64,000 nucleotides of DNA from Candidatus Omnitrophota bacterium. GTDB lineage: Bacteria; Omnitrophota; Gorgyraeia; Zapsychrales; Zapsychraceae. Below the pieces are notes generated by a model. That model did not search any database and was not told the DNA's origin. It was given only the letters and a program-made list of their open reading frames with translations. Below are positions 1 to 8,228 of this stretch, one piece after another (the first letter of the stretch is position 1; every line of letters begins with the position of its first letter). A program made the position numbers and the translations under genes. The DNA lies in the NCBI GenBank assembly GCA_050250375.1, contig JBFWOS010000001.1:471090-535089 (forward strand), in the 5' to 3' direction.

Positions 1-162
1 CTCGATCCCAACAATAGCTTGCTCCAAACCGTCTTCTACATTTTTCTGAAATAGACCATTTTGTGTAATTACTACAACAATGATTACTATTATCCCAGTG
101 ACTAATAACATAAACTCAATGGTCTGTTGAGCAATCCTATTACAAAATATCTCCAGTTTCAT
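1..162 (-). CDS. Partial CDS (N-terminus only, runs off the window): Flp/Tad prepilin-headed protein, paralog of 190..3321
   Basis: Not in the ORF track. Manual translation from ATG at 162 gives MKLEIFCNRIAQQTIEFMLLVTGIIVIIVVVITQNGLFQKNVEDGLEQAIVGIE, which aligns without gaps to the N-terminus of 190..3321. Confidence 0.9.
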   Translation of the reverse strand, partial: MKLEIFCNRIAQQTIEFMLLVTGIIVIIVVVITQNGLFQKNVEDGLEQAIVGIE

Positions 163-189
163 CTATTAATTATAGAATAATTTATGTTC

Positions 190-3100
190 TTACTGACAGT
201 CATAATTAGAATATACAGGAGTGGAATAAGGACCCACAAAGACCACATACCGGCACGGTCCTTGGGTTAAAAGACAAGCTGTTCCAACGGCAGGATCAGT
301 ACCAGGACATCCTGGACCACCTAAAGCGCCTCCACCTGATCCAGTATATACCCATGTTCCGGGCGCTGGAACGCAGGAATTTCCTGAGCACATGTAATCA
401 GGCCCACAAGTGTTCGGACATGTCCCGGTCACCCCACAATTATTAGTCGCAGGGCCACAGGCTATTCCGGAACAAGTAACTCCGATTGGGTCAGGATTAC
501 AAAAGCATGTATTGCCAGAGCAGGCATTATTAGGAAGAGTACAAGTAAACGGGCAACTAACTACATTCCCACAATTATTCGTTGTATTTCCACAAGGAAT
601 ACTGGCACAAGTAACTCCTATGGGATCAGGGACGCAGATACATGTATTCCCTGAACAGGAGTTCATTGGTGGTGGGCAGGCAAACGGACATGCGACCACA
701 TTTCCACAATTGTTTGTCGCAGGACCGCAAGGCACACCGGCACATGTTGCCCCCAGTGAATCGGGCGTACAAATGCATGTATTTCCTGAACAATTGTTAT
801 TAGGCGCAATACATGTAAAAGGACATGTAACCGTATTCCCACAATTATTAACCGCGGTTCCGCAGGCAATCCCTGAACAAGTTACATTCAACGGCTCAGC
901 AACACATTTACACTGATTATCGATACAAGCAGTATACGGAGGCGTGACACAAGTATTACCACAATTGACAGGGAAACCACAATTATTTAAAACAGTTCCG
1001 CATTGAATACCTGCACATGTCGTCGCAGCAGGTTCAGGTGTACATCCACAAAAATTCCCTTGGCAAGTTTCCGGTAATACACAAGTATTGGGACAGGTCG
1101 TTAAATTGCCGCAATTATCGCGCGCAGTTCCGCAGTCCTTACCCGCACAGGTGACGTTGAGCTGATCTGGTACACACCCGGCACAGCCATTTCCAACACA
1201 GGCTTGTGGAGCACACGTATTGGGGCAACTTACAGTATTACCACAATTATTAGTTACTGAACCACATGGAACACCTGCGCATGTTATTTGAATAGGATCA
1301 GCAATACATGCACTACATGTGTTTCCATTACATGCGTTTGGCAATGAACATGTGTTCGGACAAGTCACGGGATCATTACAGTTGTTAGTAACAACCCCGC
1401 ACTGAACTCCGGCACAAGTTACTGATGCAGGCTCAGGGGCACAGAAGCAAATATTCGAAATACAAGCAGTATTTGGCGGCGAACAAGTATCTGGGCAATT
1501 AACTGGATTACCACAGTTGTTAAAAACGGCCCCGCACTCAACGCCAGAACAAGTACTTGCAGGAGTTTGGGCAATACACTCACACTGATTATTTACGCAA
1601 GCTAATGGTGTACAAGTATTCGGACAAATAACAGTCTGACCACAATTATTAACTGTTGGACCACACGCTAAACCAGCACAAGCTGACGCAACGGACTCAG
1701 GGACACAATTGGAACAAGTATTATCCGTACATATCGCAGGGGAAACACATGTATTTGGACATATAACATTATTTCCGCAATTATCAACCGCCGGCCCACA
1801 AGCGATTCCAGCGCAAGTTACTCCTATTGGATCTGGAGCACACCCTGCACAAGTTGTTCCAGAACATACCTGGGGCGAAACACAAGTATCCGGACAAGCC
1901 ACAGGAATACCACAGTTATTAGTCACAGTGCCACATTGAGCGGAGGCACAAGTTACTGAATCCGGATTAGGTATACATGTGCAGGCATTGGCGACACAAT
2001 CTAAATTTGGGGGGGTACAGGAATCAGGACATAGAACGGGATCAAAACAATTATCAAGTGCATATCCGCATTGAATTCCTAAACATGTTACAGAGATGTC
2101 ATCTGATGGACAAACACAAAGATTCCCGGGACTATTCCCTTGAACACATTGATCAGGGGCTATACAACTACCGCAATCAACGACTTGAAAACAATTATTT
2201 GCGGCTGGCCCACATTCATGATTAAAGCATGTAACCGCTATCGGGTCGGGAGTACAATTCAAACAAGCACTTCCAGTACAAACTTGAGGAGGAATTTGTA
2301 AAGGACATGTATCTGGACATGTAACGATATTCCCACAGTTATCTAATCGATTTCCACAAGGGACACCGGCACAAGTGGTTGCTATAGGATTTGGAATACA
2401 TCCTCCACAAGTATTTCCAGTACAAACTTCAGGAGGAACCAAGCTAGCACAAGTATTTGGACATGTAACCGTATTGCCACAATTGTTCGTTCTTGGTCCA
2501 CATGCAATTCCCGAGCATGTAACACTAATGGGCTCCGGAACACATCCAGCACATGTATTACCGCTACAAATTTGAGGAGAAACACAGGTATTCGGACATG
2601 TAACGGCCTGACCGCAGTTATTTAAAGTCAATCCGCATTGTACACCCGCACAAGTTGTGGCAGGAGAATTAGGCGTACAACAATTACTCCCGGTACAAAT
2701 AGCTGGCGCCACACACGTATTTGGACATGCAACAGAATTACCGCAATTGTTTAGTCTTACACCACATTGAGCTCCCGCACAGGTAGTTGCAATAGGCTCG
2801 GGGACACATGTACAAACATTACTTTGGCATGTTTGTGGGGCGGTACATCCTCCACAATCAATTGGAGTCCCACAGCCATCATCAATAACACCACAAGCAC
2901 CGACTGTACATGGATTGACAGGCGCACATCCACAAAGATTACCAGGCAAACAAGACTGTCCTACTGGACATCCCCCGCAATAAATGAGAACGCCACATCC
3001 ATTATTCTTATTACCGCATTCTCCAGGGTTACAAGAAACACTCGGAGTACAACTACCACAATCTGCCCCACAAATTCCCGCCTCTCCAGGTTCACAACAA

Positions 3101-3321
3101 CCATTGCCACATACAGTTACACATCCTACGCTATCAAAACAAGCTGATTCAGCCATACATTCGACCCCTACCACAGCCTGCTCCAAACCATCTTCCACAT
3201 TACGTTGAAGCAACCCATTTTGCGATACGGCTACAACAATAACACTAATAATGCCCGCAAAAAGGACGACATATTCAATTGTTTGCTGACCAGCCCTAGT
3301 TATTAAATGTTTTAGCTTCAT
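190..3321 (-). CDS. Cys-rich repeat surface protein with an N-terminal Flp/Tad-type class III signal peptide (putative pilus-associated adhesin)
   Basis: G|QQTIEY with E+5 and Y+6, then a hydrophobic helix, 20 repeats of about 40-48 aa with 8 Cys each, and a unique Gly-rich C-terminal cap. Confidence 0.8.
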   Translation of the reverse strand: MKLKHLITRAGQQTIEYVVLFAGIISVIVVAVSQNGLLQRNVEDGLEQAVVGVECMAESACFDSVGCVTVCGNGCCEPGEAGICGADCGSCTPSVSCNPGECGNKNNGCGVLIYCGGCPVGQSCLPGNLCGCAPVNPCTVGACGVIDDGCGTPIDCGGCTAPQTCQSNVCTCVPEPIATTCAGAQCGVRLNNCGNSVACPNTCVAPAICTGSNCCTPNSPATTCAGVQCGLTLNNCGQAVTCPNTCVSPQICSGNTCAGCVPEPISVTCSGIACGPRTNNCGNTVTCPNTCASLVPPEVCTGNTCGGCIPNPIATTCAGVPCGNRLDNCGNIVTCPDTCPLQIPPQVCTGSACLNCTPDPIAVTCFNHECGPAANNCFQVVDCGSCIAPDQCVQGNSPGNLCVCPSDDISVTCLGIQCGYALDNCFDPVLCPDSCTPPNLDCVANACTCIPNPDSVTCASAQCGTVTNNCGIPVACPDTCVSPQVCSGTTCAGCAPDPIGVTCAGIACGPAVDNCGNNVICPNTCVSPAICTDNTCSNCVPESVASACAGLACGPTVNNCGQTVICPNTCTPLACVNNQCECIAQTPASTCSGVECGAVFNNCGNPVNCPDTCSPPNTACISNICFCAPEPASVTCAGVQCGVVTNNCNDPVTCPNTCSLPNACNGNTCSACIADPIQITCAGVPCGSVTNNCGNTVSCPNTCAPQACVGNGCAGCVPDQLNVTCAGKDCGTARDNCGNLTTCPNTCVLPETCQGNFCGCTPEPAATTCAGIQCGTVLNNCGFPVNCGNTCVTPPYTACIDNQCKCVAEPLNVTCSGIACGTAVNNCGNTVTCPFTCIAPNNNCSGNTCICTPDSLGATCAGVPCGPATNNCGNVVACPFACPPPMNSCSGNTCICVPDPIGVTCASIPCGNTTNNCGNVVSCPFTCTLPNNACSGNTCFCNPDPIGVTCSGIACGPATNNCGVTGTCPNTCGPDYMCSGNSCVPAPGTWVYTGSGGGALGGPGCPGTDPAVGTACLLTQGPCRYVVFVGPYSTPVYSNYDCQ
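370..3060 (-). repeat. Intragenic tandem array of about 20 degenerate repeats of about 135 bp encoding the 8-Cys module
   Basis: Consensus is roughly CxPxPxxxTCxGxxCGxxxNNCGxxVxCPxTCxxPxxCxGNxC. DNA words such as ccacaattatt and ggacatgtaac recur. Boundaries are approximate. Confidence 0.9.
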
Positions 3322-3467
3322 GTGACAGTTTTAGGGGTGCATTTTACGAAAGCCATAACCTTTAGAATTCACATCTTCCATCGAAATTATTACCTGGGTC
3401 GATTAAAAGTATAACATATCTATTAGTTAATAGAAATAGATTTTTAATAAGTTAAAAAATGCAATGG

Positions 3468-4013
3468 TTACGATAGTTTATAGCATTTATCACCGACTTG
3501 AACAGATTTTGAAACCTTTAACCCTACTAATTGCCCTCGTTTTGCAACCTTTACATCAACACTTTCAATTTGCAAAGAATTAACTTTCTGTATAAAGTCG
3601 GTCACTTTCCCTTTAATATTTATCTTATCACCAATTTTTAACTCCAATTTCTCAATTTTCAAAACAACAACATTGATTTTTGAAAAATAATGAGTGACGC
3701 TCCCCACCAAAGGACTACTTACCTCATTCTTCAACACAATTTTTTTTAGTGGACCTAGTTTTCGATTTGAGTGAGGGACTTTTCGGTTGGGAGATTTCTT
3801 CTTTTTTTGTGCAGGTTTTGTTTTAACCTTTTTTGGGGCGGTCTTTTTGACAGGACCTTTTGTGGGGGGCTGAGTAACTCGGGGACGACTTCTTGTTGTT
3901 TGCTTTTTCTTTGTTTTTGGACCAGCACCAATTGTTCTACTTTTCTTCCTTTTTCGCTTGGGGGGTATAAATAATTTTCGGATCTCCTTAATAATTTCTT
4001 TTATAAACTGCAT
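3468..4013 (-). CDS. Lys-rich N-terminus plus translation-factor-like beta-barrel (U32 peptidase C-terminal-like) protein
   Basis: C-terminal VGSVTHYFSKINVVVL...LKIGDKINIKG...FIQKVNSLQI...GQLVGLKV...GDKCY pattern. Confidence 0.7.
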   Translation of the reverse strand: MQFIKEIIKEIRKLFIPPKRKRKKSRTIGAGPKTKKKQTTRSRPRVTQPPTKGPVKKTAPKKVKTKPAQKKKKSPNRKVPHSNRKLGPLKKIVLKNEVSSPLVGSVTHYFSKINVVVLKIEKLELKIGDKINIKGKVTDFIQKVNSLQIESVDVKVAKRGQLVGLKVSKSVQVGDKCYKLS

Positions 4014-4213
4014 TTTATAAAGAAATCCCCTGTTAAAATTAAAGGAACACCTTCATTTGCGACGACTGACAAAATTTTCTTCCCATGCGCAAATGTAAAA
4101 GTGTTATCGTTTTTGAAAATTAAAGGAATGGCACAAAGAATAAAAAGATATGACACTGCGGCGAAGATTTTTCCATCGAGGATTTTTTTATCTTCAGCTG
4201 ATTTTTTGTTCAT
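4001..4213 (-). CDS. Small DUF4870-like membrane protein, apparently shortened
   Basis: KIFAAVSYLFILCAIPLIFKNDNxFxxxHGK resembles the DUF4870 N-half. It has an SD-like GCGGGGG and overlaps both neighbours. Confidence 0.5.
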   Translation of the reverse strand: MNKKSAEDKKILDGKIFAAVSYLFILCAIPLIFKNDNTFTFAHGKKILSVVANEGVPLILTGDFFIKCSL

Positions 4214-5444
4214 CCCCCGCCTTTACTTCAATAAGCGAGTTTATATCTCCAAAAGAATTGCGTTCTTTCCGGTTATTTTTTGGGTCTTCTTTCCAAACAC
4301 CATCGACGATAAACTGATATTTGTATAACCCTGGCTTAAGAGGTATTTCTGCTTCCCACTGACCGTCTTTTTCTCTCATGCGACAAGTATCATCAAGCGA
4401 CCAGTCATTAAAACTTCCAGTAACATATACTGATTTTGCCTCAGGCGCTTCGATAGAAAAGCAGATCGTCGTTAATCCGCTCATTTCTTGTTTGACAATT
4501 TCTTTCATTTGATCCGACATAGGCGCAAATGTGTCTTTTGCAGAAACCGGCTGTTCTTCCGTTGTTGGCTTCCCTTGTAAACTTTGCGTTTCTTCCACAA
4601 ATTCTTGAGAAAAGCGCTCCGTCGTCTTTGCAGTTTTTTTCTCGGCCTTCAGCTCAACAAAAACCTTTTCAAATTCCTGTTTATCCTGCTTATCCATCAA
4701 TATCAATTCTTTCGCCAAACTGAAATAATCTTTTGATCCTCGGCAATATTTATCATACGCAGAAACCGTTTTTCCCATGACGGCCGACTCTTTTAATTTC
4801 ACATTGATGTGAATAATCGTATCGAACATCATTTTCTCAAATCGCTCTTTGAAAGTGGCCAACATCGCAAAAGAATGCCTTAGCCGGGAGTCAAACATAG
4901 TTACTAAAACCTTGCATTTCACCTCATGGTTAAGCCTGTCTTTAACTAAGTTTACAATATCCATAAGGTGGTCTACCCCTTGCATCGAAAAACGGCTTGT
5001 TTCAACCGGGATGATCAACTCATCGCTGACACGAATCGCATTTACAGTTAAAATGCCGAGACTCGGGGGGCAGTCAATAATAACGTAATCATACATCCCG
5101 CGCAAAGGCTGAACAACTTCTTTTAACTTTAACTCTCGTCCGATTTCATCGGAAAGTTCCTGTTCCAGAGTCCCAACCAATACGTTGGAAGGCACAATAT
5201 CGAAGCTTTCTTCTACTCGCCGTATAATATTATCAATCCTCAATTTTCGGGGGGTAAGCTTAGAAATCACATTATAAATACTGTCCTGGCTTTCTATGTC
5301 CAATCCTAATGAAGCATGTGCCTGCGGGTCTAGATCTAATAGGAGCACTTTTTGCCCATTTTGACTCAAGGCTGAAGCCAAGTTGATAGCTGTTGTGGTC
5401 TTACCACAACCACCTTTTTGGTTTGCTATTGAAATTATTTTCAT
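4194..5444 (-). CDS. ParA/Soj-family ATPase fused to a C-terminal CBM48/AMPK-beta-like glycogen-binding domain
   Basis: Deviant Walker A KGGCGKTT, DLDPQAH and IIDCPPSLG. C-terminus has APEAKSVYVTGSFNDW...LKPGLYKYQFIVDGVWKEDPKN...NSFGDINS. Confidence 0.9.
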   Translation of the reverse strand: MKIISIANQKGGCGKTTTAINLASALSQNGQKVLLLDLDPQAHASLGLDIESQDSIYNVISKLTPRKLRIDNIIRRVEESFDIVPSNVLVGTLEQELSDEIGRELKLKEVVQPLRGMYDYVIIDCPPSLGILTVNAIRVSDELIIPVETSRFSMQGVDHLMDIVNLVKDRLNHEVKCKVLVTMFDSRLRHSFAMLATFKERFEKMMFDTIIHINVKLKESAVMGKTVSAYDKYCRGSKDYFSLAKELILMDKQDKQEFEKVFVELKAEKKTAKTTERFSQEFVEETQSLQGKPTTEEQPVSAKDTFAPMSDQMKEIVKQEMSGLTTICFSIEAPEAKSVYVTGSFNDWSLDDTCRMREKDGQWEAEIPLKPGLYKYQFIVDGVWKEDPKNNRKERNSFGDINSLIEVKAGDEQKIS

Positions 5445-5471
5445 ACTAAATTGCCCCCTAATAGTTTTAGG

Positions 5472-6053
5472 TTAATTGGTTGTTGCAAAATTCAAATTAT
5501 CAATTAATACCATTCCCCTTTTGTTATCGACGTTCCACGATTCCAAGACAAAGGAAATATCGGTAATACTTGTCCAGTCAGAAATTTGTTTAAATTCATC
5601 CAGAGGTATCCGGTACTGCTGCCAGTTCAAATTGACCCCTTGGATGTAGAAATAGGAGGATTCATTATACCGGTTGTTCATAACAACCTTAACAATACCA
5701 GGAACACCCTCTTCCTTCCCCCTCATCGTAAACTCCAAACTACCATACCGGCTGATGTCCATCGGCGGGATGGACAACGCAAACGTCTCTACCGGATTTG
5801 CCGAGGTTTTAAAATCGTATTCAAAGCGCAACGGTCCCTGGTGAAGCGAATAGATAACATTGTTTTTTAGGGTCTTTTTTTGCTGAGTCAGAAAAGCTGT
5901 TAGCCCATAAAAAGCACTGGCAAAAATGACGGCCGTTATTAAACCGTTTATGAGAAGCCAAGCATTAAACTGCTTCTTTGTTCTGGCGTCATCTTTTTTT
6001 CGCTTACCCAAATAGACCTGAGCTAAATGGTCATATATATCATCTTTGGTCAT
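5472..6053 (-). CDS. Single-pass membrane protein with a CBM11/CIA30-like carbohydrate-binding domain
   Basis: One TM segment at about aa 32-55, then DISRYGSLEFTMRG...WQQYRIPLDEF...DWTSITDISFV...GMVLIDNLNF, typical of a galactose-binding-like fold. Confidence 0.7.
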   Translation of the reverse strand: MTKDDIYDHLAQVYLGKRKKDDARTKKQFNAWLLINGLITAVIFASAFYGLTAFLTQQKKTLKNNVIYSLHQGPLRFEYDFKTSANPVETFALSIPPMDISRYGSLEFTMRGKEEGVPGIVKVVMNNRYNESSYFYIQGVNLNWQQYRIPLDEFKQISDWTSITDISFVLESWNVDNKRGMVLIDNLNFATTN

Positions 6054-6302
6054 CGCAAAATCTTTTGTAAGATTACTATTAGATAAGATTAAAGGAATTG
6101 AGAAGAAAAATATTTATCTAATTATTTTTATCATAACAAATTAATGATAAAAGAAAACTATAATTTCACTTTTTTTCATTAACCGTATTAAAATTTACCG
6201 ACGAGAATAATTTTCTATCAATCAATAAAATATTAATCATAGAAAATAACTTCCGTCGTAGAATAATATTTGCAGAATTGTCGAGAAGAATACCCATAAA
6301 TC

Positions 6303-6338
6303 AAAAAGCCCTTGCCGAATTTTCGGCAAGGGCTTTTT
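6303..6338 (-). terminator. Intrinsic terminator after the porin gene (potentially bidirectional)
   Basis: Perfect inverted repeat aaaaagcccttgccgaa / ttcggcaagggcttttt with A/T tracts on both sides. Confidence 0.9.
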
Positions 6339-6356
6339 AATAAAAACTTATATTAG

Positions 6357-7715
6357 TTAGAACGCAACATTCATACTAACTAATGCTTGTTTTGCTGTTG
6401 AATTGTTTTCATTATCAAAAACACTTCCGGCAAAGAACCAGCCTATTGATGTTCCGATCGTAACATCTTCGGTGTAATCATAGGTCAGATCAAAATTAAT
6501 TTCTTTACCAAGGAAACTGCTGTCTGTTTTCGCTAACAATTCCTGAGTGCCACCTGTTGGCAATCGTGTTTCAATATCAGGTGATTTCAAGTCTCTCTCT
6601 AACCATATGGCAGTAAGTGCCAGCCGAGCGGTGACATCTTCCATCGGCTCAGCAGTAAAATAGAAAGAGTGAATAACTGAATTGGTCAGGTCAAACAAAG
6701 TATTGTAGATATGGCCTCCACCTTGCGCTTCATAGAACGGATCCCAACCAGTATAATCAGTATTGTTAACATCTGTATCGGTATCCCCTGTTGTTTTGGT
6801 GAAGATGTATTGAGCAACAGGCTTGTATTCTTCAAGAACAGGTAATTGGTAATTCACGATACCCTGAACAGCCCAGGCATCTCTTTTTCTGTTATCACCG
6901 GGGCCACCCACTCTATGGGTGCCACCTTGATGGGCAACTTCCGCTTGGAGATTCAACCCTTCAATCGGGTTTGTACTGGCACGGACGCCTGTAACTTTTA
7001 TCCAATTTGTCTTAGCGCCTGTAGCACTAACATTACCTGATTTATCGCGTTGCTTAAAGAAATACGCTTCAAGAACGGAATCCATGTCATCACCCAATTG
7101 ATAATTGGCGTTGACGCCCCACAGATCCTTGTCGTCATCCAAATGGTTAATCGTAACTGTATTTTGATCAATCTTCGCATAAAATACAGTCACGGTCAAC
7201 GGGTTGTAGTCAAAGATGGCACGGATCGCATCCAAAGATGTTTGTTTAGTCAAATCTTGCGCGATTGATCTGATACCTGAATCACCAGGAGCAACGTTGT
7301 TGGCTCCGGTTGCATCAAACACCAGACCATTCCCAAAAGAAAATACCTGACGACCGACGACTAAAGTCAACGGCGAATAAAGCATTTCTTTTAAGGTTAC
7401 ATAAGCAAGATAGATGTCTACTTCAGATGTTGATTCACTTTCACCACCATCAGCTCCCCATCCTCGTTCGCCGATAAGAGCGATCGTGACATAGACTTGG
7501 TCGGTCAAATCCGCATCGACTTGAAGACCGGTCTGATTGATAAAAACATCTTGGGTATCTGTTCCGCCTGATCCTTTACCAAGATCAAACTCTTGACGGT
7601 GTACAAACGTATTGTTTGTCCATCCGCCAATTTTTACGTTTTGAACGCTAGCAAATGCTGGAGCAGCTGTTGCCGCCATGGCCAATGCTACCGCTAATAC
7701 GATTAATTTTCTCAT
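6357..7715 (-). CDS. Outer-membrane beta-barrel, alginate export (AlgE)-like porin
   Basis: Signal peptide ending APAFA, AYVTLKEM...LVVGRQ...GNGLV motif, amphipathic strands, C-terminal Phe and strong SD GGAGGGG. Confidence 0.75.
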   Translation of the reverse strand: MRKLIVLAVALAMAATAAPAFASVQNVKIGGWTNNTFVHRQEFDLGKGSGGTDTQDVFINQTGLQVDADLTDQVYVTIALIGERGWGADGGESESTSEVDIYLAYVTLKEMLYSPLTLVVGRQVFSFGNGLVFDATGANNVAPGDSGIRSIAQDLTKQTSLDAIRAIFDYNPLTVTVFYAKIDQNTVTINHLDDDKDLWGVNANYQLGDDMDSVLEAYFFKQRDKSGNVSATGAKTNWIKVTGVRASTNPIEGLNLQAEVAHQGGTHRVGGPGDNRKRDAWAVQGIVNYQLPVLEEYKPVAQYIFTKTTGDTDTDVNNTDYTGWDPFYEAQGGGHIYNTLFDLTNSVIHSFYFTAEPMEDVTARLALTAIWLERDLKSPDIETRLPTGGTQELLAKTDSSFLGKEINFDLTYDYTEDVTIGTSIGWFFAGSVFDNENNSTAKQALVSMNVAF

Positions 7716-7963
7716 TTTTCCCCTCCAAAAAGGTAGATATAATAACGCTTAAAGTTGTATATCAATCAACTAGATATTTTCATGGGCATTAATCTAGATA
7801 ATTACATTATGAATCGACCAGCTCTATCGATGATCCTGAATATATTTTTTTACCATCCCCCCTTTCTTATTAAAAAGTAGGATCATCACTGGTTTGTTTT
7901 TACCGACCTAGTCAAACTTCACAGAAAGACCAGGCCCAATAAAAACTTTGGGTATTGTTGAAT

Positions 7964-7992
7964 TTTTTACCATAGCCAACAGATGGTGTCAA
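7964..7992 (-). promoter_or_regulatory. Putative sigma70 promoter of the porin gene
   Basis: TTGACA-17 nt-TAAAAA with an extended -10 TG. The -10 lacks the final conserved T. Confidence 0.5.
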
Positions 7993-8129
7993 CATTTTTT
8001 AAATATTTTTTCAATCGCGTTGAATTTCTGCAAATTATTGAAAATCCGAAATATAGGATTTTCTTATCAACTCTCATTTTGATCTGCCATAACCCCTTTT
8101 ACAACTTGATTTTTGATGCCTGTTAAAAG

Positions 8130-8202
8130 TGCGCCTAGGTGGACTCGAACCACCCCCCCAGCCTTAGGAGAGCCGTGCTCTATCCATCTGAGCTATAGGC
8201 GC
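8130..8202 (-). tRNA. tRNA-Arg(CCU), CCA not encoded
   Basis: Reverse complement folds as a cloverleaf: acceptor stem GCGCCTA/TAGGCGC, D-arm GCTC...GAGC, anticodon loop CTCCTAA, T-arm GGTGG-TTCGAGT-CCACC. Confidence 0.92.
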
Positions 8203-8228
8203 ACGAAGATTTTTCAACCATACCCCTA

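Noticed and set aside
410-3208. Plus-strand ORFs (410..916, 1709..1939, 2767..3147 and others) with repeated PQLF/HV motifs
   Set aside because: They are antisense shadows of the Cys-repeat gene; their periodicity mirrors its codons.
190-3321. The repeat array as a CRISPR array or a diversity-generating retroelement target
   Set aside because: The repeats are degenerate, in-frame and coding, with no constant repeat and unique spacer pattern. I found no cas or reverse transcriptase gene and no template/variable repeat pair differing only at adenines.
6198-6292. Three loose CG[AT]CG..AGAATA repeats upstream of the CBM-ParA operon as parS or operator sites
   Set aside because: They do not match the parS palindrome (TGTTTCACGTGAAACA), spacing is irregular, and similarity is too low to separate from chance.
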